This document shows, one piece after another, positions 19,503 through 28,702 of a stretch of DNA of 64,000 nucleotides. The DNA comes from Candidatus Latescibacterota bacterium (lineage in GTDB: Bacteria > Latescibacterota > UBA2968 > UBA8231), in contig OZ242318.1 of assembly GCA_965208105.1 (NCBI GenBank), positions 1,088,001 to 1,152,000 on the forward strand. The letters run 5' to 3'. Every line of letters starts with the position of its first letter. Within the stretch, counting starts at the first letter, position 1. The translations under genes were made by a program, and so were the position numbers. The notes under the pieces were generated by a model. It saw only the letters and a program-made list of their open reading frames with translations. It ran no database searches and had not been told where the DNA came from.

Positions 19503-20585
19503 TCAGCGGCCGCCCGGAAGATGGCCCCCGAGTCCGTCCCCGGACTGGCGCAGGGGACGGTGGATGACCAGCCTGCGCCCGGCCTCGAGACCGTCCCGGT
19601 AGGCGGTGCTGGCGGCCACCCCCCGTCCATAGCTGCTGTATACCCGGGGGTTCACGTAGCGGTAGTACTGCTGCAATCTGCTGTCGCCCTTCCAGACCAT
19701 GGACCGGGTGCCGCGAATGGTGGATTCCTGCTCCTGAAGCTTGCGGTAGAACCCTTCGAGGGTGCCGGCGAAATAGCGCTGTCTCTCGCGGTTGTCGCCC
19801 AACCCCGATCTCTTCCTGTAGCCGCGCCACAGACCCTCCAGCGACCCGGCGAGGAAATCATAGGCGTAGGAGGCCATCTCCAGGTTGGCCTCCGTCCCGT
19901 AGATCTGCAGGATGGTCCCGCTCTTGTCGGACCGCGCTTCGTAGGTGGCGGCCCACAGGACCTCGACGAAGAAGAAGTCCTGGAGAATGGTGCCCAGCCA
20001 CAACTCGAAGGATGCCCGGCGCGCCTTGACGGGTCCGAGGCAGCGGCTGCCGAACCCGCGCTCGCGGTCGAGCTCCACCACCTCCACGTTGTAGCGCAGC
20101 AGCAGCCGCCGCGCCTTCTTGACGGCGCTCTCGGCCTCGTGCTCGTTGGGGCTGGAGGCCAGGGACAACACCTTCCTGATGACGCGCAGGATGCGGTCCT
20201 GATCGGTCGCCGCAGCCGTCTCTCCGCCGCCGCGCGCCCGGGGGCTGCAGCGCAGTTTCTCGCAGGCGCGCCGCCAGGCCGGGCCGTGGGGCCCCTCCCC
20301 TTGCGGCGCCAGGACCTCATCGGCGTACTGGTGAGCCATCTCGTGGCGCAGGGTATCCATGACCTCGAGCCAGGGATGGGTTTCGATGTGCCGCGACGAG
20401 ATGCCCAGGCGGCGGTGCGCCCGATCCCAGTAGCCCCATTCCCCCTCTCCGCGGCTCAGGGTGATGATGGGGACCTCGAGGGCGCAGTCGAGATACTCCT
20501 CGTTGTAGCGGTGCCACCACCAGTAGAGCTTGCGGTTCCAGGCCCTGTGCAACTCCGCTCCTATCCCTCGCCGCCGCGCCTCCAT
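19503..20585 (-). CDS. SprT-like metalloprotease plus DUF2786 domain protein
   Basis: TLRHEMAHQY, PHGPAW, IRKVLSLASSPNEHEA. Confidence 0.8.
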   Translation of the reverse strand: MEARRRGIGAELHRAWNRKLYWWWHRYNEEYLDCALEVPIITLSRGEGEWGYWDRAHRRLGISSRHIETHPWLEVMDTLRHEMAHQYADEVLAPQGEGPHGPAWRRACEKLRCSPRARGGGETAAATDQDRILRVIRKVLSLASSPNEHEAESAVKKARRLLLRYNVEVVELDRERGFGSRCLGPVKARRASFELWLGTILQDFFFVEVLWAATYEARSDKSGTILQIYGTEANLEMASYAYDFLAGSLEGLWRGYRKRSGLGDNRERQRYFAGTLEGFYRKLQEQESTIRGTRSMVWKGDSRLQQYYRYVNPRVYSSYGRGVAASTAYRDGLEAGRRLVIHRPLRQSGDGLGGHLPGGR

Positions 20586-20589
20586 GTCC

Positions 20590-21459
20590 TCAGCGCAGGG
20601 TGCGGATGAAAGAGTTGCTGAACGCGCCGCGGGCGACCTCGGCCACCGGCCCCTTCATGGTCAGGTCGAAGTCTCCGCCCACCTTGATGCGCAGGGCGCC
20701 CCCCGGCGCTTTCACCGTCACCGGGCTTTTGACCAGCCCGAGACGAACCGCCGCGCTGGCGGCGGCGCAGGCCGAAGAGCCGGACGCCTGGGTTTCCCCG
20801 GCGCCGCGCTCCCAGATCAGAATGTAGATCGACCGCGGACCCAGCGGAACGGCGAGCTGGACGTTGGTCCGCCGCGGAAAGAGCCGGTGATTCTCGAGCT
20901 CGGGACCCAGCTCCAGCAGCTCTTCCCGGCTCCACTCCCCTCCCTCGTCCTTGAAGACGACGCAGTGGGGATTTCCCACGCTCACCCCGGTGAAGAGCAG
21001 GTCCCGGCCGGCCGCCGCGATGGGCCGGCGGACTAACTCCGCGACCTTCAGGGCGCAGGGCAGGTCCCCGGGGCTGAAGGTCGCCCGCCCCATCTCCACG
21101 GTGGCGGAGGCGGGTTCGCCGCGGGAGTCAAGGTGCAGGTCCACCTCGACCAGCCCTCCCCTGGTCTCGACGCTGAAGCGGCGCTTGCGGGTCTTGCGGG
21201 TGGCGTAGAGATAGCGGCCGAAGATGCGCAGGCCGTTGCCCGACTTTTCAGCCTCGCTGCCGTCGGGGTTGTAGATGCGCACGGCGAAATCCGCCCGACG
21301 CGATTCCTCCAGGGCGAGAATGCCGTCGCTGCCCACGCCCCAGTGGCGGTCGCAGACGGCGCGGATGTTGGCCGGGGTCAGGCGGAAGTCGAGCTCGGCG
21401 GGATTCAGCGCGATGTAGTCGTTGCCGAGGCCGTGGCCTTTGAAGAATCCGTTTTTCAT
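20590..21459 (-). CDS. dapF: Diaminopimelate epimerase
   Basis: KGHGLGNDY, YNPDGSEAEKSGNG, VGNPHCV, WERGAGETQASGS; both catalytic Cys positions read Ser. Confidence 0.85.
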   Translation of the reverse strand: MKNGFFKGHGLGNDYIALNPAELDFRLTPANIRAVCDRHWGVGSDGILALEESRRADFAVRIYNPDGSEAEKSGNGLRIFGRYLYATRKTRKRRFSVETRGGLVEVDLHLDSRGEPASATVEMGRATFSPGDLPCALKVAELVRRPIAAAGRDLLFTGVSVGNPHCVVFKDEGGEWSREELLELGPELENHRLFPRRTNVQLAVPLGPRSIYILIWERGAGETQASGSSACAAASAAVRLGLVKSPVTVKAPGGALRIKVGGDFDLTMKGPVAEVARGAFSNSFIRTLR

Positions 21460-21570
21460 GCTTGGAAGCGCCCTGAGAGATTCCTTTCAATTTCTATAAC
21501 GAAAGGTAGACACGCCACTTAGCGCGGTCAACAGGGTTTCCCCGGCCAACCCCTTCCCTATATTATTGCC

Positions 21571-22386
21571 ATGCTCAACCTGGTTATCGCCCTGCCCGGC
21601 GAAGCGCGCCCGGTCATCAGCCGCCTCCGCCTTGAACGGCTGGAACCCGGCACTGCATTCCCGCTCTACTCCGGCGACCGCGTCCGCCTGGTGGTCTCGG
21701 GCTGCGGCAAGGTCGCCGCCGCCGCCGCCGCCGCCTACCTGGGGGCGGCCCTGCCAGATCCTCGCCCCTCCGCCTGGCTCAACCTCGGGGTTGCCGGCCA
21801 CCGCAGCTCCGCCCTGGGCGCCGCCCTGCTGGCCCACAAGGTCGTCGACCGCGCCAGCGGCCGCAGCTACTACCCGGCCATCACCTTCCCCTTCCCCGGC
21901 TCCACCACCGCCCTGGTGACGGTGGACGAGGCCGAGACGGCCTACCCCGAGCCATGCGCCTACGACATGGAGGCCAGCGGGTTCTGCGCCGCCGCCCTGC
22001 GCTTTGCCGGCGCCGAGCTGGTGCACTGCCTCAAAATCGTCTCGGACACCCCCGAAGACCCGCCGGACCAGCTCTCGGCAAAGAAGGTCGAAGCCCTGGT
22101 GCAGGCCCGAATGGACATCGTGGAGCAACTGGTCTGCATCCTGGCCGACCTGGGCGCCGAAGCGGCGGGCCTCCAGCGGGACCCGCCGCGCTACGCCGAG
22201 ATCCTAGATCGCTGGCACTTCACCGCTTCCGAGCGGCGGCAGCTCCGCCAACTGCTCCAGCGCCGCCATGCCCTGTCCGGGGCCGAGCCTGTGCCGGAAG
22301 CGGAGTGGGATGACTTGAAACGCGGCAAGGATGTCCTAATTTCTCTGCGGCGCCTGCTCGACGCCCAGGCCCCTCTCCGGTTCTGA
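21571..22386 (+). CDS. Nucleoside phosphorylase-like (MTA/SAH nucleosidase fold) protein
   Basis: IAL..EA, SGCGK, WLNLGVAG, YDMEASG, KIVSD. Confidence 0.75.
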   Translation: MLNLVIALPGEARPVISRLRLERLEPGTAFPLYSGDRVRLVVSGCGKVAAAAAAAYLGAALPDPRPSAWLNLGVAGHRSSALGAALLAHKVVDRASGRSYYPAITFPFPGSTTALVTVDEAETAYPEPCAYDMEASGFCAAALRFAGAELVHCLKIVSDTPEDPPDQLSAKKVEALVQARMDIVEQLVCILADLGAEAAGLQRDPPRYAEILDRWHFTASERRQLRQLLQRRHALSGAEPVPEAEWDDLKRGKDVLISLRRLLDAQAPLRF

Positions 22387-22390
22387 TCCC

Positions 22391-23401
22391 ATGTTCGACT
22401 ACCTCTACATCGAGGAAGCGGTCCTCGACCACCCGCGCACCAGAGAGATCCGCGCCCGCTTTCCCCACGCCACCGCCGTTCCTTGCAGGCACTACGGGGA
22501 GGTCTTCAACCCCCGGGCCCAGAACTTCCGCCTGCAGAAGAAGCGGCCCGCCCTCGTCCTGGCGCGCAAGGAGGGACGCCTGGTGCTGGAGGCCCCTCCC
22601 GGCTACGGCATCGGAGGCGAGCGCAACTACTACTTCTCGCACATGCTCAACTGCGTCTACGATTGCCGCTACTGCTTCCTGCAGGGGATGTACCGCTCCG
22701 CCCACATGGTGGTCTTCGTCAACTACGAGGACTTTCAGAAGGCCATCGCCGAAAAGGTGGGACAGGATGAGGACCCCCCTCCCTACTTCTTCTCCGGCTA
22801 CGACTGCGACAGCCTGGCCCTCGACGCCATCACCTCCTTCGCCGGCAGCTTCCTGGGCTTCTTCGCCGCGCTGCCCGGCGCCCGGCTGGAGCTGCGCACC
22901 AAGAGCGTCCGGGTCAAGCCCCTGCTCCAGGCCCGCGCGCTGGCCAACTGCATCGTGGCCTACAGCCTGACCCCGCCTGCCGTCGCCGCCGCGCTCGAGG
23001 TGGGCGCGCCCCCCGTCGGCCGCCGCCTCGGCGCCATGCGGCAGTTGCAGCAGCGCGGCTGGCCCCTGGGCCTGCGCTTCGACCCCCTGATCTGCCACCA
23101 GGGCTGGGAGGAGAGCTACCGCCGGCTCTTCGCCGATGCTTTCGCCGCTCTCGACCCCGCCCGCCTGCACTCGGTGAGCCTGGGCTCCTTCCGACTGCCG
23201 CGGGAGCACTACAAGCGCATCTTCCAGCTCTTCCCCGAGGAGAAGCTGTTCTCCTGGGGCCTCGAGGAGAAGGACGGCATGGTTTCCTACAAGGAGGAGA
23301 CGGGCCGGGCAATGGAGGAGTTCTGCACCCGCGAACTCCTGCGCTACATCGCGCCGGAGATCCTCTTCCCGTGCCACCCGGGGGACGGCCCGGCAGCATG
23401 A
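22391..23401 (+). CDS. Spore-photoproduct-lyase-like radical SAM protein
   Basis: CVYDCRYCFLQG (CxxxCxxC), DSLA, LELRTKS, LRFDP. Confidence 0.85.
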   Translation: MFDYLYIEEAVLDHPRTREIRARFPHATAVPCRHYGEVFNPRAQNFRLQKKRPALVLARKEGRLVLEAPPGYGIGGERNYYFSHMLNCVYDCRYCFLQGMYRSAHMVVFVNYEDFQKAIAEKVGQDEDPPPYFFSGYDCDSLALDAITSFAGSFLGFFAALPGARLELRTKSVRVKPLLQARALANCIVAYSLTPPAVAAALEVGAPPVGRRLGAMRQLQQRGWPLGLRFDPLICHQGWEESYRRLFADAFAALDPARLHSVSLGSFRLPREHYKRIFQLFPEEKLFSWGLEEKDGMVSYKEETGRAMEEFCTRELLRYIAPEILFPCHPGDGPAA

Positions 23402-24117
23402 CCGTCCTCGTAACCGGAGCCAGTTCGGGGATAGGCCGCGCCATCTGCGAGCGGCTGCTGGATGAAGGACGCCGGGTCGTGGGTCTCGCCCGCGACTTCA
23501 GCAAGTTCCCCTGCGACCACCCTGGATTCGAGACCCACCGCGCCGACCTGGCCGATCTGCAGGCCCTGCCGGCCGTCCTCGGGAAACTGGAGCGCGCCTA
23601 TCCCGGGATCGAGGCGCTGATCTGCAACGCGGGCCAGGGGCGCTTCGGCGAACTGGAGCAGTTCTCCCTGGACCAGATCAGGGAGCTGATGGACCTCAAC
23701 TTCACCAGCCACGCCTTCCTGGTGCGGACCTTCCTGCCCCGCCTGAAAAGGGCGGGGCGCGGGCACCTGGTCTTCATGGGGTCGGAGGCGGCGCTGAGCG
23801 GCGCCCGCAAAGGCTCGGTCTACTGCGCCAGCAAATTCGCCCTGCGCGGCTTCGCCCAGTCCCTGCGCCTGGAGTGCGCCGGCGCCGGGGTCAGCGTCAC
23901 CCTGGTCAACCCGGGCATGGTCGAGACCCCCTTCTACGAGGGCATGGGGTTCGCCCCCGGCCCCGACCCCGCCTGCCACATCCTGCCCGCCGACGTCGCC
24001 GAGGTTGTATCCACCATTCTGCAGGCGAGGCCGGGAACCGTCTTCGACGAGATCAATCTTTCGCCGCAGAAACGGGTAATCGACTTCGGGACCGGAAAGA
24101 AAGAGGATGGGAGCTGA
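23398..24117 (+). CDS. Short-chain dehydrogenase/reductase
   Basis: TGASSGIG, NAG, YCASK, NPGMVET; ATGA overlap with the upstream gene. Confidence 0.92.
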   Translation: MTVLVTGASSGIGRAICERLLDEGRRVVGLARDFSKFPCDHPGFETHRADLADLQALPAVLGKLERAYPGIEALICNAGQGRFGELEQFSLDQIRELMDLNFTSHAFLVRTFLPRLKRAGRGHLVFMGSEAALSGARKGSVYCASKFALRGFAQSLRLECAGAGVSVTLVNPGMVETPFYEGMGFAPGPDPACHILPADVAEVVSTILQARPGTVFDEINLSPQKRVIDFGTGKKEDGS

Positions 24118-25006
24118 CCTGCCGCGGGAAGGCCGGGGCCGGCATACCCGGCGGCTGAGAAAGGGCGGGAACATTGCCCCGGCGATCAGGAACTACGCCC
24201 TGGTCGCCGCGCTGATCTGCAGCCAGGTCGCCGGCTGCGCCGCCGCGCGCCACCGCCTGGGCTTTGCCCTGGTTCCGGTGGAGACCGAGATCGCCATCGG
24301 CGCCAGGATCGCCGCACGCATCGAGGCGCAGGAGAAGGTCCTGCCCCTGCCCAGGGTGCAGGAATACCTGCGGCAGATCGGCTGGCGGCTGGTGCAGCCC
24401 AGCCTGAGGGACCGCTCCGGCATCCGCTACCGGTTCATCGTCCTGGACGATGCCCGGCAGGTCAATGCCTTCGCCGTTCCCGGGGGCCACATCTACGTCT
24501 ATTCCGGGCTTCTTCTCGCCGCCGGGGACGAGGCCGAGGTGGCCGGAGTCCTCGCCCACGAGATCGGCCACGTGGTGGGCCGCCACGGCGCCAACCAGCT
24601 CGCCGCGCAACTGGGCATTTCCCTCCTCACCCGCCTGGCCCTGGGCGAAAATCCGGCGCAGCTGGCGGACATCGCCGTCGACTGGGGAAGCACGGGGGCC
24701 CTGCGGCGCTTCAGCCGCGACGACGAGCACCAGGCCGACGGCTTCGGGGTGGCCTACGCCATCGCCGCCGGCTACGACCCCAGGGGGCTGCTCGCCTTCT
24801 TCGAGAGGCTGCAGAAGATGGAGCGCGGCAAGCGCAGTCCCTGGGAGAACCTGCTGGCCACCCATCCTCCCACCGCCGAGCGCATTCGCCGCATCGAGGA
24901 GATGATCGTCAGGGCGGGAAGCCCCGAAGGCCGGAGATACAAGGAGCGCTACGCCAGGGAGACAGCCGTTCTGAGGAGGGACTTTCAGGCGCTCTTGCAG
25001 CCCTGA
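24107..25006 (+). CDS. M48 family metalloprotease
   Basis: VNAFAVPGG, LAHEIGH, FSRDDEHQAD, THP...ER; start uncertain. Confidence 0.9.
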   Translation: MGADLPREGRGRHTRRLRKGGNIAPAIRNYALVAALICSQVAGCAAARHRLGFALVPVETEIAIGARIAARIEAQEKVLPLPRVQEYLRQIGWRLVQPSLRDRSGIRYRFIVLDDARQVNAFAVPGGHIYVYSGLLLAAGDEAEVAGVLAHEIGHVVGRHGANQLAAQLGISLLTRLALGENPAQLADIAVDWGSTGALRRFSRDDEHQADGFGVAYAIAAGYDPRGLLAFFERLQKMERGKRSPWENLLATHPPTAERIRRIEEMIVRAGSPEGRRYKERYARETAVLRRDFQALLQP

Positions 25007-25830
25007 GGGGTTTCCCGCCAGCGCTCCAGGTAGGGCTCCATCTCCGCCAGCAGCTCGAGGTTGTTCCTCTTGCGGGCCCCATTGCAGACGATGCCCGCCT
25101 TCTCCAGCAGCACCCGCCGCGCCGCTTCGCGCTTCCCGGGGCTCAACTCCGCCGACTGCAGCAGCTTGTCCAGGGCGCGCACCCTGAAGCGGTCCATGGC
25201 GGGATAGGCGCGCGAAAGCTGGTCCTCGTGGCCGCCGTACTTGACCAGCAGCGGCTCTTCCAGGAAGGCGACGCGATAGCGCCAGGCGATGCGCAGGAAA
25301 AGCTCGTAGTCCTCGCAAACCGGAAGGGTCTCGTCGAAGGGGCCGACGCGCTCGAGGACATCCCGGTGCAGCAGGATGGAGGAAGGGGACATGATGCAGC
25401 GCGGCAGGGCCTCGAGGAAGATATCGCCGCCGGTTTTGCGGTGGTGCTTGCGCGGATTGACCCGCACCCCCCTGCGGATCCAGATTTCCTCGGTGTGACA
25501 GACGGCAAGGCGGGTTGCCCGCAGCGCCTCCATCTGCTTCTCCAGCTTCGTCGGCAGCCACTCGTCGTCCGAGTCGAGGAAGGCCAGCCATTCCCCTCTC
25601 GCCGCCTCCATGGCGCGGTTGCGCGCGGCCGACACTCCCCGGTTGCGCGGCTGCACCAGCAAGCGCACGGAGGAGCCGAAGGCGGCGCGGATCGAATCTC
25701 CGCTGCCGTCGTCCGATCCGTCGTCCACCACGATCACCTCGCGCTCGGTCCAGGTCTGCGCCAGCGCCGAGCGGATCGCCCTGCCCACCACCTCGCGGCG
25801 GTTGTACACGGGTATGACCACGGATATCAT
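24985..25830 (-). CDS. Glycosyltransferase family 2
   Basis: ISVVIPVYN, VDDGS, AFLDSDD, CEDY. Confidence 0.92.
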   Translation of the reverse strand: MISVVIPVYNRREVVGRAIRSALAQTWTEREVIVVDDGSDDGSGDSIRAAFGSSVRLLVQPRNRGVSAARNRAMEAARGEWLAFLDSDDEWLPTKLEKQMEALRATRLAVCHTEEIWIRRGVRVNPRKHHRKTGGDIFLEALPRCIMSPSSILLHRDVLERVGPFDETLPVCEDYELFLRIAWRYRVAFLEEPLLVKYGGHEDQLSRAYPAMDRFRVRALDKLLQSAELSPGKREAARRVLLEKAGIVCNGARKRNNLELLAEMEPYLERWRETPQGCKSA

Positions 25831-25898
25831 GGAAGGCCCAGATTCAAGGTGGCCGGCCTCCGGCCCGGGCTTTCCCCGGCGGAGGTCCGGTCACGCCC

Positions 25899-28070
25899 TC
25901 AGGTTCCCCGGCGGGGGCCGGCCGCGGCGGTCTCCTCCAGCTTCTTCAGCACCAGCCCGGTGGTCAGGATCTCCGGCAGCACAACGGGCTCGCCGGAGCG
26001 CCCTCCCGGGAAGATCACGTAGAGGGGCACCGCCGAGCGCCCGAAGGATTGCAGCCAGCGGGTGATTTCGGCGTCGCGATGGGTCCAGTCGGCCTTGACC
26101 AGGGCCACGTCCAGCTCGGCGAACCGGGCGCGCACCCGGGGGTCGGCCAGCACCACCCGCTCGTTCACCTTGCAGGTCCAGCACCACTCCGCGGTGAAGT
26201 CGATGAACACGTGGCGGCCGGCATCGAGCAGCTCCTCCAGCCCCGCACTCGAAAAGGGCTGCCAGGCGAGCGGACCCTCTCCAACAGGGTCCGAGGGCAC
26301 GCGCTCCTGCTCCAGCGCCGGACGGAGGAATATTGCGTAGGCGGCGGCCACGATAGCGGCCGCCGCGCCGCGGGCGACCCAGCGCCGCACCTTGCTGCTG
26401 CCCAGGTCCACCCACTGCCCCAGGATCCAGCAGGCCAGAGCGGCGCAGAGCAGGAAGGCCCCGGTCCAGACGACGCCCTCCAGCCCAACCTGATGGCCCA
26501 GGACCCACAACAGCCACAGGACGGTGGCCATGAGGAGGAAGCCCATGAGCTGCTTGAAGAGCTCCATCCAGGCCCCGGGGCGGGGCAGGAAACGCATCCA
26601 GGACGGCTCCAGAGCCAGGACCAGGTAGGGCAGGGCCATTCCCGCGCCGATGGCGGCGAAGATAGCCCAGACGAAAGCGCCGGGCTGGGAGAAGGCAAAG
26701 CCCAGGGCCGTTCCCAGGAAGGGGGCGCTGCATGGGGTGGCCAGGATGGTTGCAAGGACCCCGTTGAGGAAACTGCCGGCCAGGCCCTGGCGCCCGGCCG
26801 CGGCCTGCAGCCCCGCCCCGCTGCCGGGCAGCCGCACGCTGAACACTCCGAAGAGGCTGAGGCCGAGGACGAAGACGAGGGCGGCCATGGCCGCCACGAA
26901 GCCGGGATACTGGAACTGGAAGCCCCAGCCGATCTGCTCGCCGCCGCGCTTGAGCAGGACGACGAGGGCGGCCAGGACCAGGAAGGTGGCCACGATCCCC
27001 GCCGCGAAGGCGAGGCCCAGATGGCGGGTGCGGCGGCGCTCCTCCCCGGCCTGGGCGACCAGGCCCAGGACCTTGAGAGAGATCACCGGCAGCACGCAGG
27101 GCATGAGATTGAGGACGAGGCCGCCCAGCGCCGCCAGAAGCAGGTAGAATGCCAGGGAGCCGGGAAAACCGGCGCCGGTTGCGGAGGCGAAATTCGGGCC
27201 CCCCGGCAGGGAAGCCGCGGCCAGGTCCAGATCGACCTCCCCGAAGCGAGTTTCCTCCTCTCCCGGGAAGCGGTAGAGTACCACCCCTCGCAGTGAACCC
27301 GGGTCCTGGCCGCCAGGCGGCTCCAGTGCGAAGCGCAGCCGGACCCGTCCGTCCTCTTCGGAAAGCTGCGCCGGACCGACCGCCGGGGCCGCGGCGCCGA
27401 AGGGAAAGAAGTCCACCACCTGCGGCTCGGGCCCGGGGCCCTGTGCGCCCCGGGCAACCGCCAGGTCCACCCGCATCCCGGCGGCACCCCCGAGCACCCG
27501 GTAGTCGAGGCGCAGGTCCGGCGCCAGGGGCTGTGGGACCCGCGCCGCGAAGCGTTCGAATACCTCCTGGTTGGCGGGGGCGGCCGCGCCCGTATCCACC
27601 GGCAGGTCGAGGGCCACGGTGGCCTCTCCCGGAATGCAGACCTCCCTGCACACCAGCCAGGAAACCTCCGCGGCAAAGCTCACGGTGGAATCCGCCGGCA
27701 GCAGCGGCGGCGGGGTTACCGGGGCGATCAGCACCACCTCGCCGGCATAGCCGTACACGGTGAGGCCGCCCTCTTCGCTGTACCTGGAGGGCAGGGGCCA
27801 TTGCAGGGGAGGGGCCTCGTAACCCGGGGGCATGCGCCAGTCGACCTCGGTTGGCAGCCCCGCGGCCCCGCTGAATTTCCAGTAGGTGTGCCAGCCCTCC
27901 TCCATGCGCAACTCGACGCCCAGGCGCAGAGGGCGCCCGGGTACGACGGTCTCGACGTCGGCCAGGAGCCGGGCCGCTACAGGGTGGTGACCGGCGGCGG
28001 AGGCGTGGAGAGCGGCGGTAGCGCCCGGCCCCAGCAGGAGGGCAAGAACCAGGGGGGCAAGGACGGTCAT
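25899..28070 (-). CDS. dsbD: Thiol:disulfide interchange protein DsbD-like
   Basis: GWHTYW, CREVC, LNLMPCVLPV, ATPCSAP, FTAEWCWTC. Confidence 0.9.
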   Translation of the reverse strand: MTVLAPLVLALLLGPGATAALHASAAGHHPVAARLLADVETVVPGRPLRLGVELRMEEGWHTYWKFSGAAGLPTEVDWRMPPGYEAPPLQWPLPSRYSEEGGLTVYGYAGEVVLIAPVTPPPLLPADSTVSFAAEVSWLVCREVCIPGEATVALDLPVDTGAAAPANQEVFERFAARVPQPLAPDLRLDYRVLGGAAGMRVDLAVARGAQGPGPEPQVVDFFPFGAAAPAVGPAQLSEEDGRVRLRFALEPPGGQDPGSLRGVVLYRFPGEEETRFGEVDLDLAAASLPGGPNFASATGAGFPGSLAFYLLLAALGGLVLNLMPCVLPVISLKVLGLVAQAGEERRRTRHLGLAFAAGIVATFLVLAALVVLLKRGGEQIGWGFQFQYPGFVAAMAALVFVLGLSLFGVFSVRLPGSGAGLQAAAGRQGLAGSFLNGVLATILATPCSAPFLGTALGFAFSQPGAFVWAIFAAIGAGMALPYLVLALEPSWMRFLPRPGAWMELFKQLMGFLLMATVLWLLWVLGHQVGLEGVVWTGAFLLCAALACWILGQWVDLGSSKVRRWVARGAAAAIVAAAYAIFLRPALEQERVPSDPVGEGPLAWQPFSSAGLEELLDAGRHVFIDFTAEWCWTCKVNERVVLADPRVRARFAELDVALVKADWTHRDAEITRWLQSFGRSAVPLYVIFPGGRSGEPVVLPEILTTGLVLKKLEETAAAGPRRGT

Positions 28071-28696
28071 GGCGCAGCCGGCGATCCCGGGAGATCGGCC
28101 GCGGCGGCGCGGCAGACCCGCTCCATGTCGATCACCTTGCAGCCCAGGCGCGCCGCGGCTTTGCGCAGCTCCTCCCCCTTGGCCGCGTCTCCCTCGGAGG
28201 TGAGCACCTCCGACATGGCCACCGCCGGGAAGAGTCCCGCCAGCCGCGCCAGCTCCACCGATCCCTCGGTGTGTCCCTGGCGCTCGCGCAGGCCGCCGCG
28301 GCGCGCCGCCAGGGGCAGCACGTGGCCGGGTATGACGAAGTCGTCGGGGCCGGACTGCGGGGAGATGGCCCGGCGGATGGTGAGGGCGCGGTCGGCGGCC
28401 GAGATCCCGGTGCCGATGCCGCGGCGGGCGTCGAAGGGCAGGCCGAAGCGCGGCGTCACCTTGCCGCCGTGGCGCGGGCTGATCAGGGGGATGCCGAGCT
28501 GCTCGAGATGGGCCTCGGTGGTGGCGAAATGGAACATGCCCCGCGCCGCGCTGAGCATGACGTTCACCTTCTCGCCGGTGACGAACTCGGCCGCCAGCAG
28601 GAGGTCGCCCTCGTCCTCCCGCTCGCGGTCGTCCATCAGGACCAGGAACTCTCCCCGGCGCAGGTCCTCTAAGGCTTCTTCCAGGCTGCAGAACAT
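28067..28696 (-). CDS. ribB: 3,4-dihydroxy-2-butanone-4-phosphate synthase (divergent)
   Basis: DDREREDEGD, TGISAADRA, PGHVLPL, RQGHTE. Confidence 0.82.
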   Translation of the reverse strand: MFCSLEEALEDLRRGEFLVLMDDREREDEGDLLLAAEFVTGEKVNVMLSAARGMFHFATTEAHLEQLGIPLISPRHGGKVTPRFGLPFDARRGIGTGISAADRALTIRRAISPQSGPDDFVIPGHVLPLAARRGGLRERQGHTEGSVELARLAGLFPAVAMSEVLTSEGDAAKGEELRKAAARLGCKVIDMERVCRAAAADLPGSPAAP

Positions 28697-28702
28697 GCGC
28701 TC

